From: a bacterium ADurb.Bin243
Lineage (GTDB): Bacteria; Muiribacteriota; UBA9980
Direction of reading: 5' to 3'
Assembly (NCBI GenBank): GCA_002069765.1
Contig: MWBZ01000012.1
Coordinates: 8,436-72,435, forward strand
Length of the DNA: 64,000 nt
Below are positions 39,601 to 48,165 of this stretch, one piece after another (the stretch's first letter is position 1; each line of letters opens with the position of its first letter). The notes under the pieces are model-generated. The model worked only from the letters and a program-made list of their open reading frames with translations. It searched no databases and was not told the DNA's origin. A program made the position numbers and the translations under genes.

Positions 39601-40614
39601 GCCGCTCGTAGCCGTGACGATTGCGACCTCGAAGGTTTTGTCGTACGTGCCGGAGGCCGCTGAAAAAACCGGATTTGCTACTTTATCCAGGGACTTTATA
39701 GAGTCTATTACGGCTTTAATGCTTGCGGGCGCGGTGACGGAATTTATGACGGTCTTGTTTACGGAAACGCTTTCGCTCAGTCCTTTTGCCTTTATCTCTG
39801 TCAGCGGGCCCGTCGACTGCAGGGCGTAAACGAAAGCTTCGAGCGCGCCGCTGGCTTCGATAATATTTCTGGGCGGAGGCAGTATCTGGTTCTTCTCATC
39901 CGCCGAAACCGAATCGCTGGTTAAAACATGCATCAGCGAAACGCATGCCCTGGCAAGCTCTAAAACATTGGCCAGGCCTCCCGCGTTATTTACGATCTGA
40001 GTCTGGGAAATATTTTTGATTTCATCGTAATTTTTTACTATGGAAGTTTCGCCCTGATATGCGCTTAAATTTATAAAAGGCGGCGGGTCTATATTTTTTT
40101 CGGCGCAAAACAGCGCAAGAGAGGTTGAAAAATCGTTTATTTCGATATTTTTTATTTTTACGCTCTTCAATCCGGCCGGAATTTCGGAAAATTTAGGTAT
40201 CCTTCCGATAAGATTGCGGTATAAAAAACGGTTCGTGGCGTTTTCTTTCACGGTGATCATAATAAAAGAATCGGAGCGGGCGGGCGAGAACCGGAGCGAA
40301 AAAGTCGAGCCCGAAACCGACGCCGCGACAAGTTCGTTGTTGAGATAACGGTCGGTCGCCACAATGGAATACCTGCCGCCGGTAAAATCGGATGCCCTGA
40401 AAACGTTTTCCGGAGCGCCGTTCGACGCGGACTGAGGAATGCTGCCTTCGAAAGTGAAAATTTGATCGTCGTAGGGCGGCGCGGGCGAGCTGCCTCCTCC
40501 TCCGCCGCCTCCGCAGCTTATTATAAAAACCAGCGCTGAAACGAGTATAATCGAAGCGAATAACCTTAGTTTATTGAATGGCACTTTTTTCTCCAATGCG
40601 CTATTTTTCGGCAA
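36601..40614 (-). CDS. Large modular surface lipoprotein (1337 aa) with poly-Gly linker and two families of tandem Ig/Fn3-like repeats
   Basis: Lipobox IISC followed by GGGGGGGSS. Four about 82-aa chitobiase/hexosaminidase C-terminal-like repeats (motif AxIYYTxDGSxP) precede five or six about 95-aa repeats (motif YRVKVDG...GTHEV-V-AV). Confidence 0.7.
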   Translation of the reverse strand: MPKNSALEKKVPFNKLRLFASIILVSALVFIISCGGGGGGGSSPAPPYDDQIFTFEGSIPQSASNGAPENVFRASDFTGGRYSIVATDRYLNNELVAASVSGSTFSLRFSPARSDSFIMITVKENATNRFLYRNLIGRIPKFSEIPAGLKSVKIKNIEINDFSTSLALFCAEKNIDPPPFINLSAYQGETSIVKNYDEIKNISQTQIVNNAGGLANVLELARACVSLMHVLTSDSVSADEKNQILPPPRNIIEASGALEAFVYALQSTGPLTEIKAKGLSESVSVNKTVINSVTAPASIKAVIDSIKSLDKVANPVFSAASGTYDKTFEVAIVTATSGAKIYYTADGKVPNSSSTLYQAPILIDKTQKISAIAVKSEMIESDVVSQNYTLNIIEPPKRVSAPVFDPPPGTYQTGYEVKISTSTGQALIYYTTDSSDPVPGVSRLYSDSSPVILNSSLTLKAVAVKQGYLNSSVTGGAYEAVDVPLKASAPVFSVAPGVYNSTREVDITTATAGASIYYTLDGSEPNLNSILYSKPVVVAKTLTIKAYAVKAGMLSSAPVSAAYEIIKTSTAASAPEFNYESGIYENTLEVLLSSKTPGAEIYYTLDHSAPSADSLKYSGTIEISATTTVKAIAIKTGYANSEVSTAEYTLNIHNPANIAKVTGLFYYSVNKIIKWSPVAVEGKQVEYAVRIDGNLMPQYLSRPEFSVAMFMSGSRTVQVQAKIAGSLHPLDFGPLSDIYKFTIKASSDLPQVTGIDSRSGYFNWQPLADAETVYGYRVMFDDDISNLFITRLACYGVPPGLVKGPHKLRVQAVTLDESDIQITVTDEGPWSVEYSFFVEDGTRPYESIPYPENFGYEPTAKELKWSLNEPVSNFIFHILASYDRPSGNVYSKLIEVVSTDSVSLEMVKNRLPMDSFNCVLEVCSFDGFNYSMKSAAIKLPVGDLPEIGKVGGIAYNPASKILTWQTVYANEQPCVYRVKVDGYLSGMVYTKNEYNAAALRSGTHEVLVQAVLQTYNPELNGPFSDPFDLFIDTSVPQVMGLAYVHSRKLIRWLPVVINEQICFYRVKVDGREAPNLSVRSEYSVDALSPGTHEISVRAVIADTSPEINGPYSEVCVFNTQVNQESGELPRITQIQLDSYNSILRWQPVLVDKLPIASYVVELDGVIMTHNNNLTYTASASYGISENVSLGPHTVRVKPILAGKVPPVEGQFSEPVQFYLQRNDALFKKVSPSENLIFDEQNQTLYWDKAKSTTGTPTYNVIGYFNTGANISEQSFPIQETRLNLGVLKFDPRFLSMPSGKYSIEVQSGLIENSKAKGLKTPAIILDLTDERRWENIK
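36970..38634 (-). repeat. Second family of tandem about 95-aa domain repeats inside the lipoprotein gene (coordinates approximate)
   Basis: Recurrent W-P/TV......YRVKVDG......S-Y......GTHEV-V-AV units. Confidence 0.5.
38665..39678 (-). repeat. Four tandem CHB_HEX_C-like domain repeats inside the lipoprotein gene (coordinates approximate)
   Basis: Repeated about 246-nt coding units, each encoding SAPVF...G-Y.....V-I-T-T-GA-IYYT-DGS-P......Y..P......T-KA-AVK. Confidence 0.6.
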
Positions 40615-42754
40615 GTATAACTATAGATCCCGGGCGCACTTTAATTTTTTTCGAGTTTACCTGCGGCATTTCGCCGTCTTCGAATATATCTTTTCCTGAC
40701 TGCTCGAAAGTGTCCACCTTCAGACGCCATGACATCTTCGGCCTGGCGGGCGGAATTTCGTAATCGAGCTGCTGCGAAAAAGCGTTAATCGCTATGTAAA
40801 AACGCCTGTCGTAGTTTTTAATCGAAGTGATTTTTGAAAGGCCGTTTATAGTGAATGCCAGCGAATGCGAAACATAAGACCAATCGGGCTGGTTGAGCTT
40901 TACGCCGTGCCAGTCTATAAATTTCGAAGAAAGCTCCGGATTATGCGAATCGCTTTTATTGAGGAAAGTTTCAAGGCAGAAAATAGGGTTTTCTTTTCTA
41001 AACGATATTATTTTTTTGAAATAATTAAAGATTTCGGGATATTTGTCTATGAAATCCCAATCGAGCCACGAAAGCTTGTTATCCTGACAATAGCAGTTGT
41101 TGTTTCCGCGCTGGGTCCTGTAAAATTCGTCGCCGGCGAGTATCATGGGAGTGCCCTGAGAAATCATCAAAATAGTGGCGAAATTTTTAACCTGCCTCAT
41201 CCTCTTGCGGTTAATTACGGCGTCGCCAGTTTCGCCTTCGGCGCCGTAGTTGAAGCTGCGGTTATCGTCGGTCCCGTCGGCGTTGTTTTCGCCGTTTTCG
41301 AAGTTATTCTTTTTGTTGTATGTAACCAGGTCGCGCATAGTGAAACCGTCGTGCGAAGTGATAAAGTTTATGCTGTGGTAAGGCGCCCTGCCGTTGTCGT
41401 AGAGGTCGGGGCTGCCGCAAATTCTCGTAGCCAGCGCTGAAACGTAGCCTTCGTCGCCTTTTATGAAGCTGCGGACATCGTCGCGGAATTTTCCGTTCCA
41501 TTCGGCCCACCCGGCGGGGAACTCGCCCACTTTATAGCAGCCGGCGGCGTCCCAGCCTTCGGCTATCAGCTTGGTTCCCGATAGTATGGGGTCTTCGGAT
41601 ATGTCGCGCAAAAGGCTGTTCACTCCGATCCATGCGCCGCTGGAATCGCGGCCGAGAATGGCCGCCAGATCGAAACGGAAGCCGTCGACATGCATTTCTG
41701 AAACGAAATACCGGAGGCTGTCGAGGATCATCTGCTTTACGGCCGAATGATTGCAATTGAGCGTATTGCCGCAGCCCGAATAGTTTTTATAAAAACGGTT
41801 GTTTTCCAGATGGTAATAAAGCCTGTTATCTATGCCGCGGAACGCCACGCTGGGGCCGACTTCGTTGCCTTCTCCGGTATGGTTGTAAACCACGTCCAGT
41901 ATGACTTCGATATTCGCGCGGTGCAGATGCCTGACCATGTCGCGGAACTCGTTGACTACCCCTCCTGGCGCGCCGGAAGAAGAATAAAGCGAGTTAAGGG
42001 CGAAAAAGGAAAGCGAATTATAACCCCAGTAATTTTTAAGCCTCTCGCCGGTTTTAGGGTTTACGCGTATTATTTCGTCTTCGTTGAATTCATGGACGGG
42101 AAGAAACTCTATAGCGGTAACCCCGAGTTCGGTAAAATAAGGTATTTTTTCAATGATGCCGGCAAAAGTGCCGGGTGACGAAACTTTAGACGACGGATGC
42201 CTGGTGGTCCCGCGGACGTGCGTTTCATAAATTATAGTTTTATTAAGAGGGATGCGCGGGTGATGATCGTCCTGCCAGTCGTACTGAGAATCGTCGATAA
42301 TGGCGCATTTCATAGCGGTTGCGCAATTATCGACGCCGGAAGGCGCAAGGTCGGCGTCGGACGGGGCGTTTCGGTCGTAGCCGTAGGCTTCGTCGAAGTG
42401 CCAGCGGTTGTCGGCGCTTACCAGAGCCCGAGCATAAGGGTCTATCAGAAGCTTATTGCGGTTAAAACGGTCGCCCGTCAGCGCCGGCGAATAATCGCCA
42501 GAAAATCTGTATGCGTAACAAAGCTCGGAAAAATCTGGACCGGTGACATGCGCATGCCAGATATCTCCGGTCCTGTTTTTTTTAGGGTTGAATTCTATGG
42601 AAATGAAAGGCGTCTGGATATCGCTCAGTTTGTAAAGCTCGAGTATTACTCCGGAAGTATTTTTAGATAAAATGGCGAAATTCATTCCGCCTTTTTTATC
42701 CAGGGAGCTCCCTAAAGGGTATGGCTTTCCTTTTAATAATTTATAATCCTGCAT
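40601..42754 (-). CDS. glgX: Glycogen debranching enzyme GlgX / isoamylase (GH13)
   Basis: 717 aa; GH13 catalytic regions (VILDVVYNHT, GFRFDLA, EGWD, FITSHDGFT) and an N-terminal CBM48-like domain. Confidence 0.85.
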   Translation of the reverse strand: MQDYKLLKGKPYPLGSSLDKKGGMNFAILSKNTSGVILELYKLSDIQTPFISIEFNPKKNRTGDIWHAHVTGPDFSELCYAYRFSGDYSPALTGDRFNRNKLLIDPYARALVSADNRWHFDEAYGYDRNAPSDADLAPSGVDNCATAMKCAIIDDSQYDWQDDHHPRIPLNKTIIYETHVRGTTRHPSSKVSSPGTFAGIIEKIPYFTELGVTAIEFLPVHEFNEDEIIRVNPKTGERLKNYWGYNSLSFFALNSLYSSSGAPGGVVNEFRDMVRHLHRANIEVILDVVYNHTGEGNEVGPSVAFRGIDNRLYYHLENNRFYKNYSGCGNTLNCNHSAVKQMILDSLRYFVSEMHVDGFRFDLAAILGRDSSGAWIGVNSLLRDISEDPILSGTKLIAEGWDAAGCYKVGEFPAGWAEWNGKFRDDVRSFIKGDEGYVSALATRICGSPDLYDNGRAPYHSINFITSHDGFTMRDLVTYNKKNNFENGENNADGTDDNRSFNYGAEGETGDAVINRKRMRQVKNFATILMISQGTPMILAGDEFYRTQRGNNNCYCQDNKLSWLDWDFIDKYPEIFNYFKKIISFRKENPIFCLETFLNKSDSHNPELSSKFIDWHGVKLNQPDWSYVSHSLAFTINGLSKITSIKNYDRRFYIAINAFSQQLDYEIPPARPKMSWRLKVDTFEQSGKDIFEDGEMPQVNSKKIKVRPGSIVILAEK

Positions 42755-42760
42755 TATTCA

Positions 42761-43249
42761 CTATTTTTCTATTTCTTTAATGGCGACGTTGAGGTTAAGG
42801 CTGCCGTACTGCGTCTGAAAAGGAATTAAAATAGCCGGAATGTCCGATTCCGGTATCTGTATTTCACGGCCTACGAAAAGAGTGGGCGGCGAAAAGTCAA
42901 CGCTGTAGCCGGAGCTGACGAGTATTGAAATAGCCCTTCCGGTGACCATATTAGTCATTTCGGCCAGAGCCGAACGGGCGAGCGAACTCAATTCTTCTTC
43001 GACGGGTTCGAAAAGCATTTTACTGGCCACTTCGCACGCAAGCTTGCTTTCGAGCGAGTAAATAACCCTGCCTTTAACGTTGCCGACGACCCCCAGAATT
43101 ATCACGGCCAGTTTTTCTTTTGAAGCGACTGACTCTTTTGCCAGCGAAAGCCCGGTACGGGTGAAAGTTATGCCTGCGACTATCTGCGGCAATATTTGAG
43201 CGGCCGCCTCTATAAAAGGATTAATAAGTTCCTTTTTGATTTTAAACAC
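42761..43249 (-). CDS. cheX: CheX/CheC-like chemotaxis phosphatase
   Basis: 162 aa; CheX-like fold signature (AEMTNMVTGRA) and size; directly downstream of a CheY-like receiver gene. Confidence 0.55.
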   Translation of the reverse strand: MFKIKKELINPFIEAAAQILPQIVAGITFTRTGLSLAKESVASKEKLAVIILGVVGNVKGRVIYSLESKLACEVASKMLFEPVEEELSSLARSALAEMTNMVTGRAISILVSSGYSVDFSPPTLFVGREIQIPESDIPAILIPFQTQYGSLNLNVAIKEIEK

Positions 43250-43307
43250 CCCAATGTCTGTAGAACATAATATAAAACGCGGTTCCGGTTAATAAAATAA
43301 ACCGGTC

Positions 43308-43682
43308 CTACATTTTAAGAACTTTGTCGATAGTGGCTATAAGGTTATCTTCGGTAAACGGTTTGACTATAAAATGCTTCGCGCCGAGCGTGAGCGCTTC
43401 TATTACTTTATCTTTCTGGGAAGCGGCCGAAACCATTATAACTCTGGCCTGCGGGTTTATCTGTTTTATCTGCTTAAGGCCTTCTATGCCTGATTCCCCG
43501 GGCATGGTTATGTCCATGGTGACCAGATCGGGAGTTTCCGCCTGATAAACTTTCAAAGCGTTTTCGACATTTTCGGCCTCGACTATATTGTCGAAACCGA
43601 ACTTCGCGAGAATTTTTTTGATGGTATACCGCATAAACTGCGCGTCATCAACAATAAGTATTTTTTCGGCTCTTTCACCCAT
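43308..43682 (-). CDS. cheY: Single-domain response regulator (CheY-like receiver)
   Basis: 124 aa; receiver signature residues are present, including the conserved lysine (KPF) near the C-terminus. Confidence 0.85.
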   Translation of the reverse strand: MGERAEKILIVDDAQFMRYTIKKILAKFGFDNIVEAENVENALKVYQAETPDLVTMDITMPGESGIEGLKQIKQINPQARVIMVSAASQKDKVIEALTLGAKHFIVKPFTEDNLIATIDKVLKM

Positions 43683-43739
43683 CGATTTTCTCCTTGCGTT
43701 TTTTGCGTTTCAGGTAAGTTTTGAGTTTTTCACTTAATA

Positions 43740-43768
43740 TTTTTACCACAATATAATTACATTGTCAA
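43740..43768 (-). promoter_or_regulatory. Putative sigma70-type promoter (TTGACA-N17-TAAAAA on the minus strand) upstream of cheY-cheX
   Basis: Reverse complement of 43763-43768 is TTGACA; a 17-nt spacer precedes TAAAAA at 43745-43740. Confidence 0.35.
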
Positions 43769-43814
43769 CAAATAAATTTAAAAATTTTACTTTTTTTGTC
43801 TTTAATTAAAACCG

Positions 43815-44516
43815 CTATACGCCTTTTTTATCGGCGGGCCAGATATACTTGTGCATTTGAAGCTGAAATCTAGCTTTAACACCGTCTTGCAGCATCCATT
43901 TTATTATTTTTTCCGGACGAATTTTTCCGTACACGGCCGAAAACAAAACGCCGCACTTTTCGGCTAGGCTATATTCAAATATAATATTTTTGCAATATTC
44001 GTAATCGGCCCGGTCGCCTATAACGAACTTTATTTCATCGACGGATTTTAAATGATTGAAGTTGTCGAAAATCATCATACCGCTGCTGCCCGAAGAAGGA
44101 GTTTTGACGTCCATTATTATTACCGCCTGATCGTTTAATCCTTTTATGGAAATCGAACCAGAAGTTTCGATCAGCAGGCGCGGCTCTATGGCATCAGCCC
44201 GGCGGCCCTTTTTCTTATTATTCAAATACTCCACCAGCAGGTCAACCAGCTGCGGCGCGCCTTTTTGCATAAGCGGCTCGCCTCCGGTGAGTTCGATGAT
44301 GTGCGGGTCGAGAGCGTCTACTTTAGATATTATTTCTCCGGCGGTAAGGTATCTGCCGTACTTATACGCATAAACCGTGTCGCAATAAGCGCAGCGAAGA
44401 TTGCAGCCGCTGAGGCGCACGAACGCGCATGCGAGCCCGGCGTAAGAAGACTCGCCCTGAACGCTTTTAAATATTTCATTGACCTTGAATTTTAAAATCG
44501 AAGAATCGTTCGGCAT
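43815..44516 (-). CDS. queE: 7-carboxy-7-deazaguanine synthase QueE (radical SAM)
   Basis: Motif CNLRCAYCDT plus the QueE-type GGEPL motif; start chosen at ATG 44516 (the ORF track extends to a TTG at 44537). Confidence 0.85.
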   Translation of the reverse strand: MPNDSSILKFKVNEIFKSVQGESSYAGLACAFVRLSGCNLRCAYCDTVYAYKYGRYLTAGEIISKVDALDPHIIELTGGEPLMQKGAPQLVDLLVEYLNNKKKGRRADAIEPRLLIETSGSISIKGLNDQAVIIMDVKTPSSGSSGMMIFDNFNHLKSVDEIKFVIGDRADYEYCKNIIFEYSLAEKCGVLFSAVYGKIRPEKIIKWMLQDGVKARFQLQMHKYIWPADKKGV

Positions 44517-44525
44517 AACAAAAAT

Positions 44526-44555
44526 ATTATAACACAACGAACGTTTTATTTACAA
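44526..44555 (-). promoter_or_regulatory. Putative promoter TTGTAA-N18-TATAAT (minus strand) ending 9 nt before the queE ATG
   Basis: Reverse complement of 44550-44555 is TTGTAA and of 44526-44531 is TATAAT; there is no Shine-Dalgarno sequence between the -10 element and the ATG. Confidence 0.35.
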
Positions 44556-44740
44556 TAAAATTATAGCGGCACTAAAAAATAATGTAAATATATTCTCCCG
44601 CTTATTGAAAAAAAAAATAAAATATGGTAAGATGATATGCTTGATAGAAAAATCTTCAAATTTTTAACCTGCGGTTTTTTCCTTATTGACCGCATGTTTT
44701 ATTATTTTATTTAAGAAAGAAGCAAGAGGTCTATTACTTT

Positions 44741-47700
44741 ATGGACATTTTCGAATCCCTGAATCCGATGCAGTACGAGGCGGCAACCCTCACAGACGGC
44801 CCCCTTATAATATTCGCAGGGGCCGGCACTGGCAAAACCAAGGTCATCACGCACCGAATAGCTTATCTCATAAAGAAAAAAAACGTAAATCCTAAAAATA
44901 TACTCGCGATAACCTTTACCAACAAAGCCGCCGACGAAATGCGCACACGCGTGGACGCGCTGCTGCCGGGTAACGGCCGCGACGTATGGGTTTCGACGTT
45001 TCATAAAATATGCCTTTTCATATTGAGAAATCACGCCGAATCGCTGGGCCTGACCAAAAACTTCATCATTTACGACGACGGCGACCAGAACGCTCTTATA
45101 AAAGAATGCCTTAAAGAGCTCGACGTAAACGAAGACAATATCAAACCCAGGATGATACTTTCCAAAATATCTCTCGCCAAGTCCAATATGATTTCAGAAG
45201 ACGACTATCTTCTGAACGAAAGCTCGCACATAGACAGCATTATAGAAAAGATTTACAAACTCTACAATAAAAAGCTCAGGCAGAACAACGCGGTCGATTT
45301 CGACGACATTATTTTCCTTACCGCCAGCCTTCTTAAAAACAACGACTCCGTCTTAAAGACATATTCCACACGCTTCAAATACATACTTGTCGACGAATAC
45401 CAGGACATAAATTATTCACAGTATATGTTCGTCAAAACGCTTTCCAATATACACAAAAATATCTGCGTCGTCGGCGACGACGACCAGTGCGTATGCGCCA
45501 ACTCGCAGGTCCTCACGCCTAACGGCTACCAGAAAATAGAAAACATTATGGAAGGAAGCCAGATAGTTTCGTGTATCGGCCACGACGGCGTAAGCATAGC
45601 GCAGACCAGCAAGGTAATGCGCAGGCCTTATTCCGGGCAGGCCATAAAGATCACTCTCGAAAACCAGAAAACGCTCACCGTAACGCCGAACCACCTCCTT
45701 TTCGCAAAATACAATTCTTCGGCTTCGTTGAGTTACGTTTACATGATGTACCGTAAAGCTTTCGGTTATAAAATAGGCGTTTGTCAGGGGCTTTCGTTGT
45801 TCACCGAGTCGCGCAAGTACGATCTCGAAGAAGGCGATAAAATATGGATACTTAAAATCTGCAAAAACCCAAAAGACGCTTCGTACTTCGAATCGCTTTA
45901 TTCCACCAGGTACGGCATACCCACCCTTCACTTCACGGCCCGCTCTCTGGGAGCCACTTTAGAACAGGATAAAATCAAAAAAATATATTCCGAAGTCGAT
46001 ACTTTTGTTAGGGCCGAAGTTTTAATGCGCGATCTCATGATATACGAGGAGCATCCGCACTACGTTTCGGTCGTAAAGACCCGCTCGCTTTCTTCTCCAA
46101 AAGTTTTAAGCCTCACCATGTTCGGCGCGAACGAACGCTCGCGTGAAAACGGCTGGTACTTCCACCGCATGAACCTCGACATCAACGCCCAGAACATCGG
46201 CGTTCTGCGCGGCGACACGTCGGTGATCAAAAAAACCGGCTCGCTCGACAAATGGAAAGTGGAAGCCGTGCGCGAAGATTATTCGGAGCTCGTCAGTTTC
46301 GCTAAAACAATATCCGGGCTCGACGAGCTTCTGCTGGTCGAAAAGGCTCAGCTCACTTCAAAAGCGCCTTTCTACCAGATGCCGGCGTCGCACGTCCACG
46401 AAAATATGACGCTCGCCTTCTTCAACCATAAAGAAAAAAAGATCGAAGAGCTGCTGGTGTCCGAAATCGAAGTCATCGATTACGAAGGCTTCGTTTACGA
46501 CCTTTCGGTAAATCATCTTCATAATTTTATAGTGGACGGCTTCGTCGTCCATAATTCCATATATTCCTGGCGCGGCGCCGACGTGCGTTCGATGCTGAAT
46601 TTCGAGCGCGACTATCCCAATTCGCAGGTGGTAAAGCTCGAGCAGAATTACCGTTCCACCAAAAACATACTTCTGGCTGCTTCCGAAGTGATAAAAAACA
46701 ACGTCACCAGGCGTGAAAAAACGCTTTGGACGCAGGGCGAATCGGGCGAAAAAATAACCGTCTACGAAGCCATCAACGAACAGGCTGAAGTGGTTTTCGC
46801 CATTAACCAGATGCGCCAGGTTATTTACCGCGAAGATAAAAAATATTCGGATTTCGCGTTTTTCTACCGCACCAACGCCCAGTCGCGCGTAATCGAAGAA
46901 ACGCTTATAAAAGAAGGGATCCCATACAAGATGGTGGGCGCCATCCGCTTCTATCAGCGCAAGGAAATCAAGGACGTAATCGCCTATCTCAGGCTCATAT
47001 TAAACACCAGCGACAATCTCAGCCTTCTTCGCATCCTCAACGTGCCGCGCCGCGGCATAGGCGAAAAATCAATAAGCTCTCTGGTGGCCTTCGCCAACGA
47101 AAAGAAAATATCCATTTTCGACGCTCTGGCCAAAGTGGCCGAAATCGAAGACCTCCCCTTGAAGGCCAAAAACACCACGCTGAACTTCGTAGATCTCATA
47201 AACGAGCTGCGCGCCGATTGCGCGAAACTCAACGTCACCGAGCTTACTAAAAACGTTCTGGACAAAACGGGTTATTTAAGGGAACTAAAGGTTATAAATT
47301 CGTCGCAGACGCTCGACCGCTCCAAGAACATCAACGAGCTGCTCAGCGTCACCGAAGCCTACGATCAGGAAAAATCGGGCGGAGGATTGTCCGGTTTCCT
47401 CGAAAGGGTCACGCTTATAAGCGACCTCGACGAAATCGACGAAAAGCAAAATTCCGTTACCCTCATGACATTCCATGCGGCAAAAGGCCTCGAATTTCCG
47501 GTCGTATTCATGCTCGGCATGGAAGAAAAGCTCTTTCCGCACGAACACTCCAGCGACGAAAATTACGACATAGCCGAAGAAAGAAGGCTTTGCTACGTGG
47601 GCATGACGAGGGCCCGCGAAAGGCTTTACATCATACATACCAGGCAGCGAAGAATATTCGGTTCGGTTTTCACCAATCCAGTTTCACGCTTCGTCAGCGA

Positions 47701-48082
47701 AATACCGGATTCTCTCGTTATAAATATTTCCTGCGAAGAGGAATTTCTCAACAGCGTCCCTCAGATGACCCGCAAAGTTTTCCGCGACAGCGCGCCGCGC
47801 CGCATCGACGACGACGACGACGGTTACGGCTCGCGCGATTTGAGCACCGGCGCCGTGCATAAGCCGCATTCGGCGGCGTCAGAAGATGAACCGGGCGAAA
47901 ACCTCGCAGAGTTCGGCGGCGTCACTTTCGCCAAAAGCGACAGGGTAAAGCATTCGATGTGGGGAATCGGCGTCGTGCTCGAAGCCACGGGTCGCGGCGA
48001 CGAATGCCTCGTAAAAGTCAATTTTATGAACGTGGGCGAAAAGAAGCTGCTGCTCAAATATGCGCCGCTCGACAAAATATAA
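44741..48082 (+). CDS. pcrA: ATP-dependent DNA helicase PcrA/UvrD carrying an in-frame intein in helicase motif III
   Basis: Walker A AGAGTGKT, motif Ia, DEYQD, and motif III split as VVGDDDQ / (intein) / SIYSWRGAD; C-terminal UvrD domains. The 1113-aa length compares with about 750 aa for intein-free homologs. Confidence 0.9.
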   Translation: MDIFESLNPMQYEAATLTDGPLIIFAGAGTGKTKVITHRIAYLIKKKNVNPKNILAITFTNKAADEMRTRVDALLPGNGRDVWVSTFHKICLFILRNHAESLGLTKNFIIYDDGDQNALIKECLKELDVNEDNIKPRMILSKISLAKSNMISEDDYLLNESSHIDSIIEKIYKLYNKKLRQNNAVDFDDIIFLTASLLKNNDSVLKTYSTRFKYILVDEYQDINYSQYMFVKTLSNIHKNICVVGDDDQCVCANSQVLTPNGYQKIENIMEGSQIVSCIGHDGVSIAQTSKVMRRPYSGQAIKITLENQKTLTVTPNHLLFAKYNSSASLSYVYMMYRKAFGYKIGVCQGLSLFTESRKYDLEEGDKIWILKICKNPKDASYFESLYSTRYGIPTLHFTARSLGATLEQDKIKKIYSEVDTFVRAEVLMRDLMIYEEHPHYVSVVKTRSLSSPKVLSLTMFGANERSRENGWYFHRMNLDINAQNIGVLRGDTSVIKKTGSLDKWKVEAVREDYSELVSFAKTISGLDELLLVEKAQLTSKAPFYQMPASHVHENMTLAFFNHKEKKIEELLVSEIEVIDYEGFVYDLSVNHLHNFIVDGFVVHNSIYSWRGADVRSMLNFERDYPNSQVVKLEQNYRSTKNILLAASEVIKNNVTRREKTLWTQGESGEKITVYEAINEQAEVVFAINQMRQVIYREDKKYSDFAFFYRTNAQSRVIEETLIKEGIPYKMVGAIRFYQRKEIKDVIAYLRLILNTSDNLSLLRILNVPRRGIGEKSISSLVAFANEKKISIFDALAKVAEIEDLPLKAKNTTLNFVDLINELRADCAKLNVTELTKNVLDKTGYLRELKVINSSQTLDRSKNINELLSVTEAYDQEKSGGGLSGFLERVTLISDLDEIDEKQNSVTLMTFHAAKGLEFPVVFMLGMEEKLFPHEHSSDENYDIAEERRLCYVGMTRARERLYIIHTRQRRIFGSVFTNPVSRFVSEIPDSLVINISCEEEFLNSVPQMTRKVFRDSAPRRIDDDDDGYGSRDLSTGAVHKPHSAASEDEPGENLAEFGGVTFAKSDRVKHSMWGIGVVLEATGRGDECLVKVNFMNVGEKKLLLKYAPLDKI
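45488..46555 (+). mobile_element. Intein (356 aa, Hint domain blocks A, B, F, G) inserted between Q249 and S of helicase motif III
   Basis: Begins CVCANSQVLTPNG (block A), has TLTVTPNHLLF (block B, T-x-x-H), and ends GFVYDLSVNHLHNFIVDGFVVHN followed by +1 Ser. The central about 200 aa contains no clear LAGLIDADG or HNH motif. Confidence 0.85.
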
Positions 48083-48165
48083 GCGCCCGCGCCTTCAAAA
48101 GCTTTAGACTTTTAAGGGCATCAGGGCATCCGCAAAACGCTTGAAAAAGGGAATATATAAAATAA

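Noticed and set aside
44538-44740. Possible preQ1 riboswitch upstream of queE, or a strong pcrA promoter
   Set aside because: The queE promoter abuts the ATG, leaving no leader for a riboswitch. Several weak -35/-10 combinations for pcrA fit about equally, so none is called.
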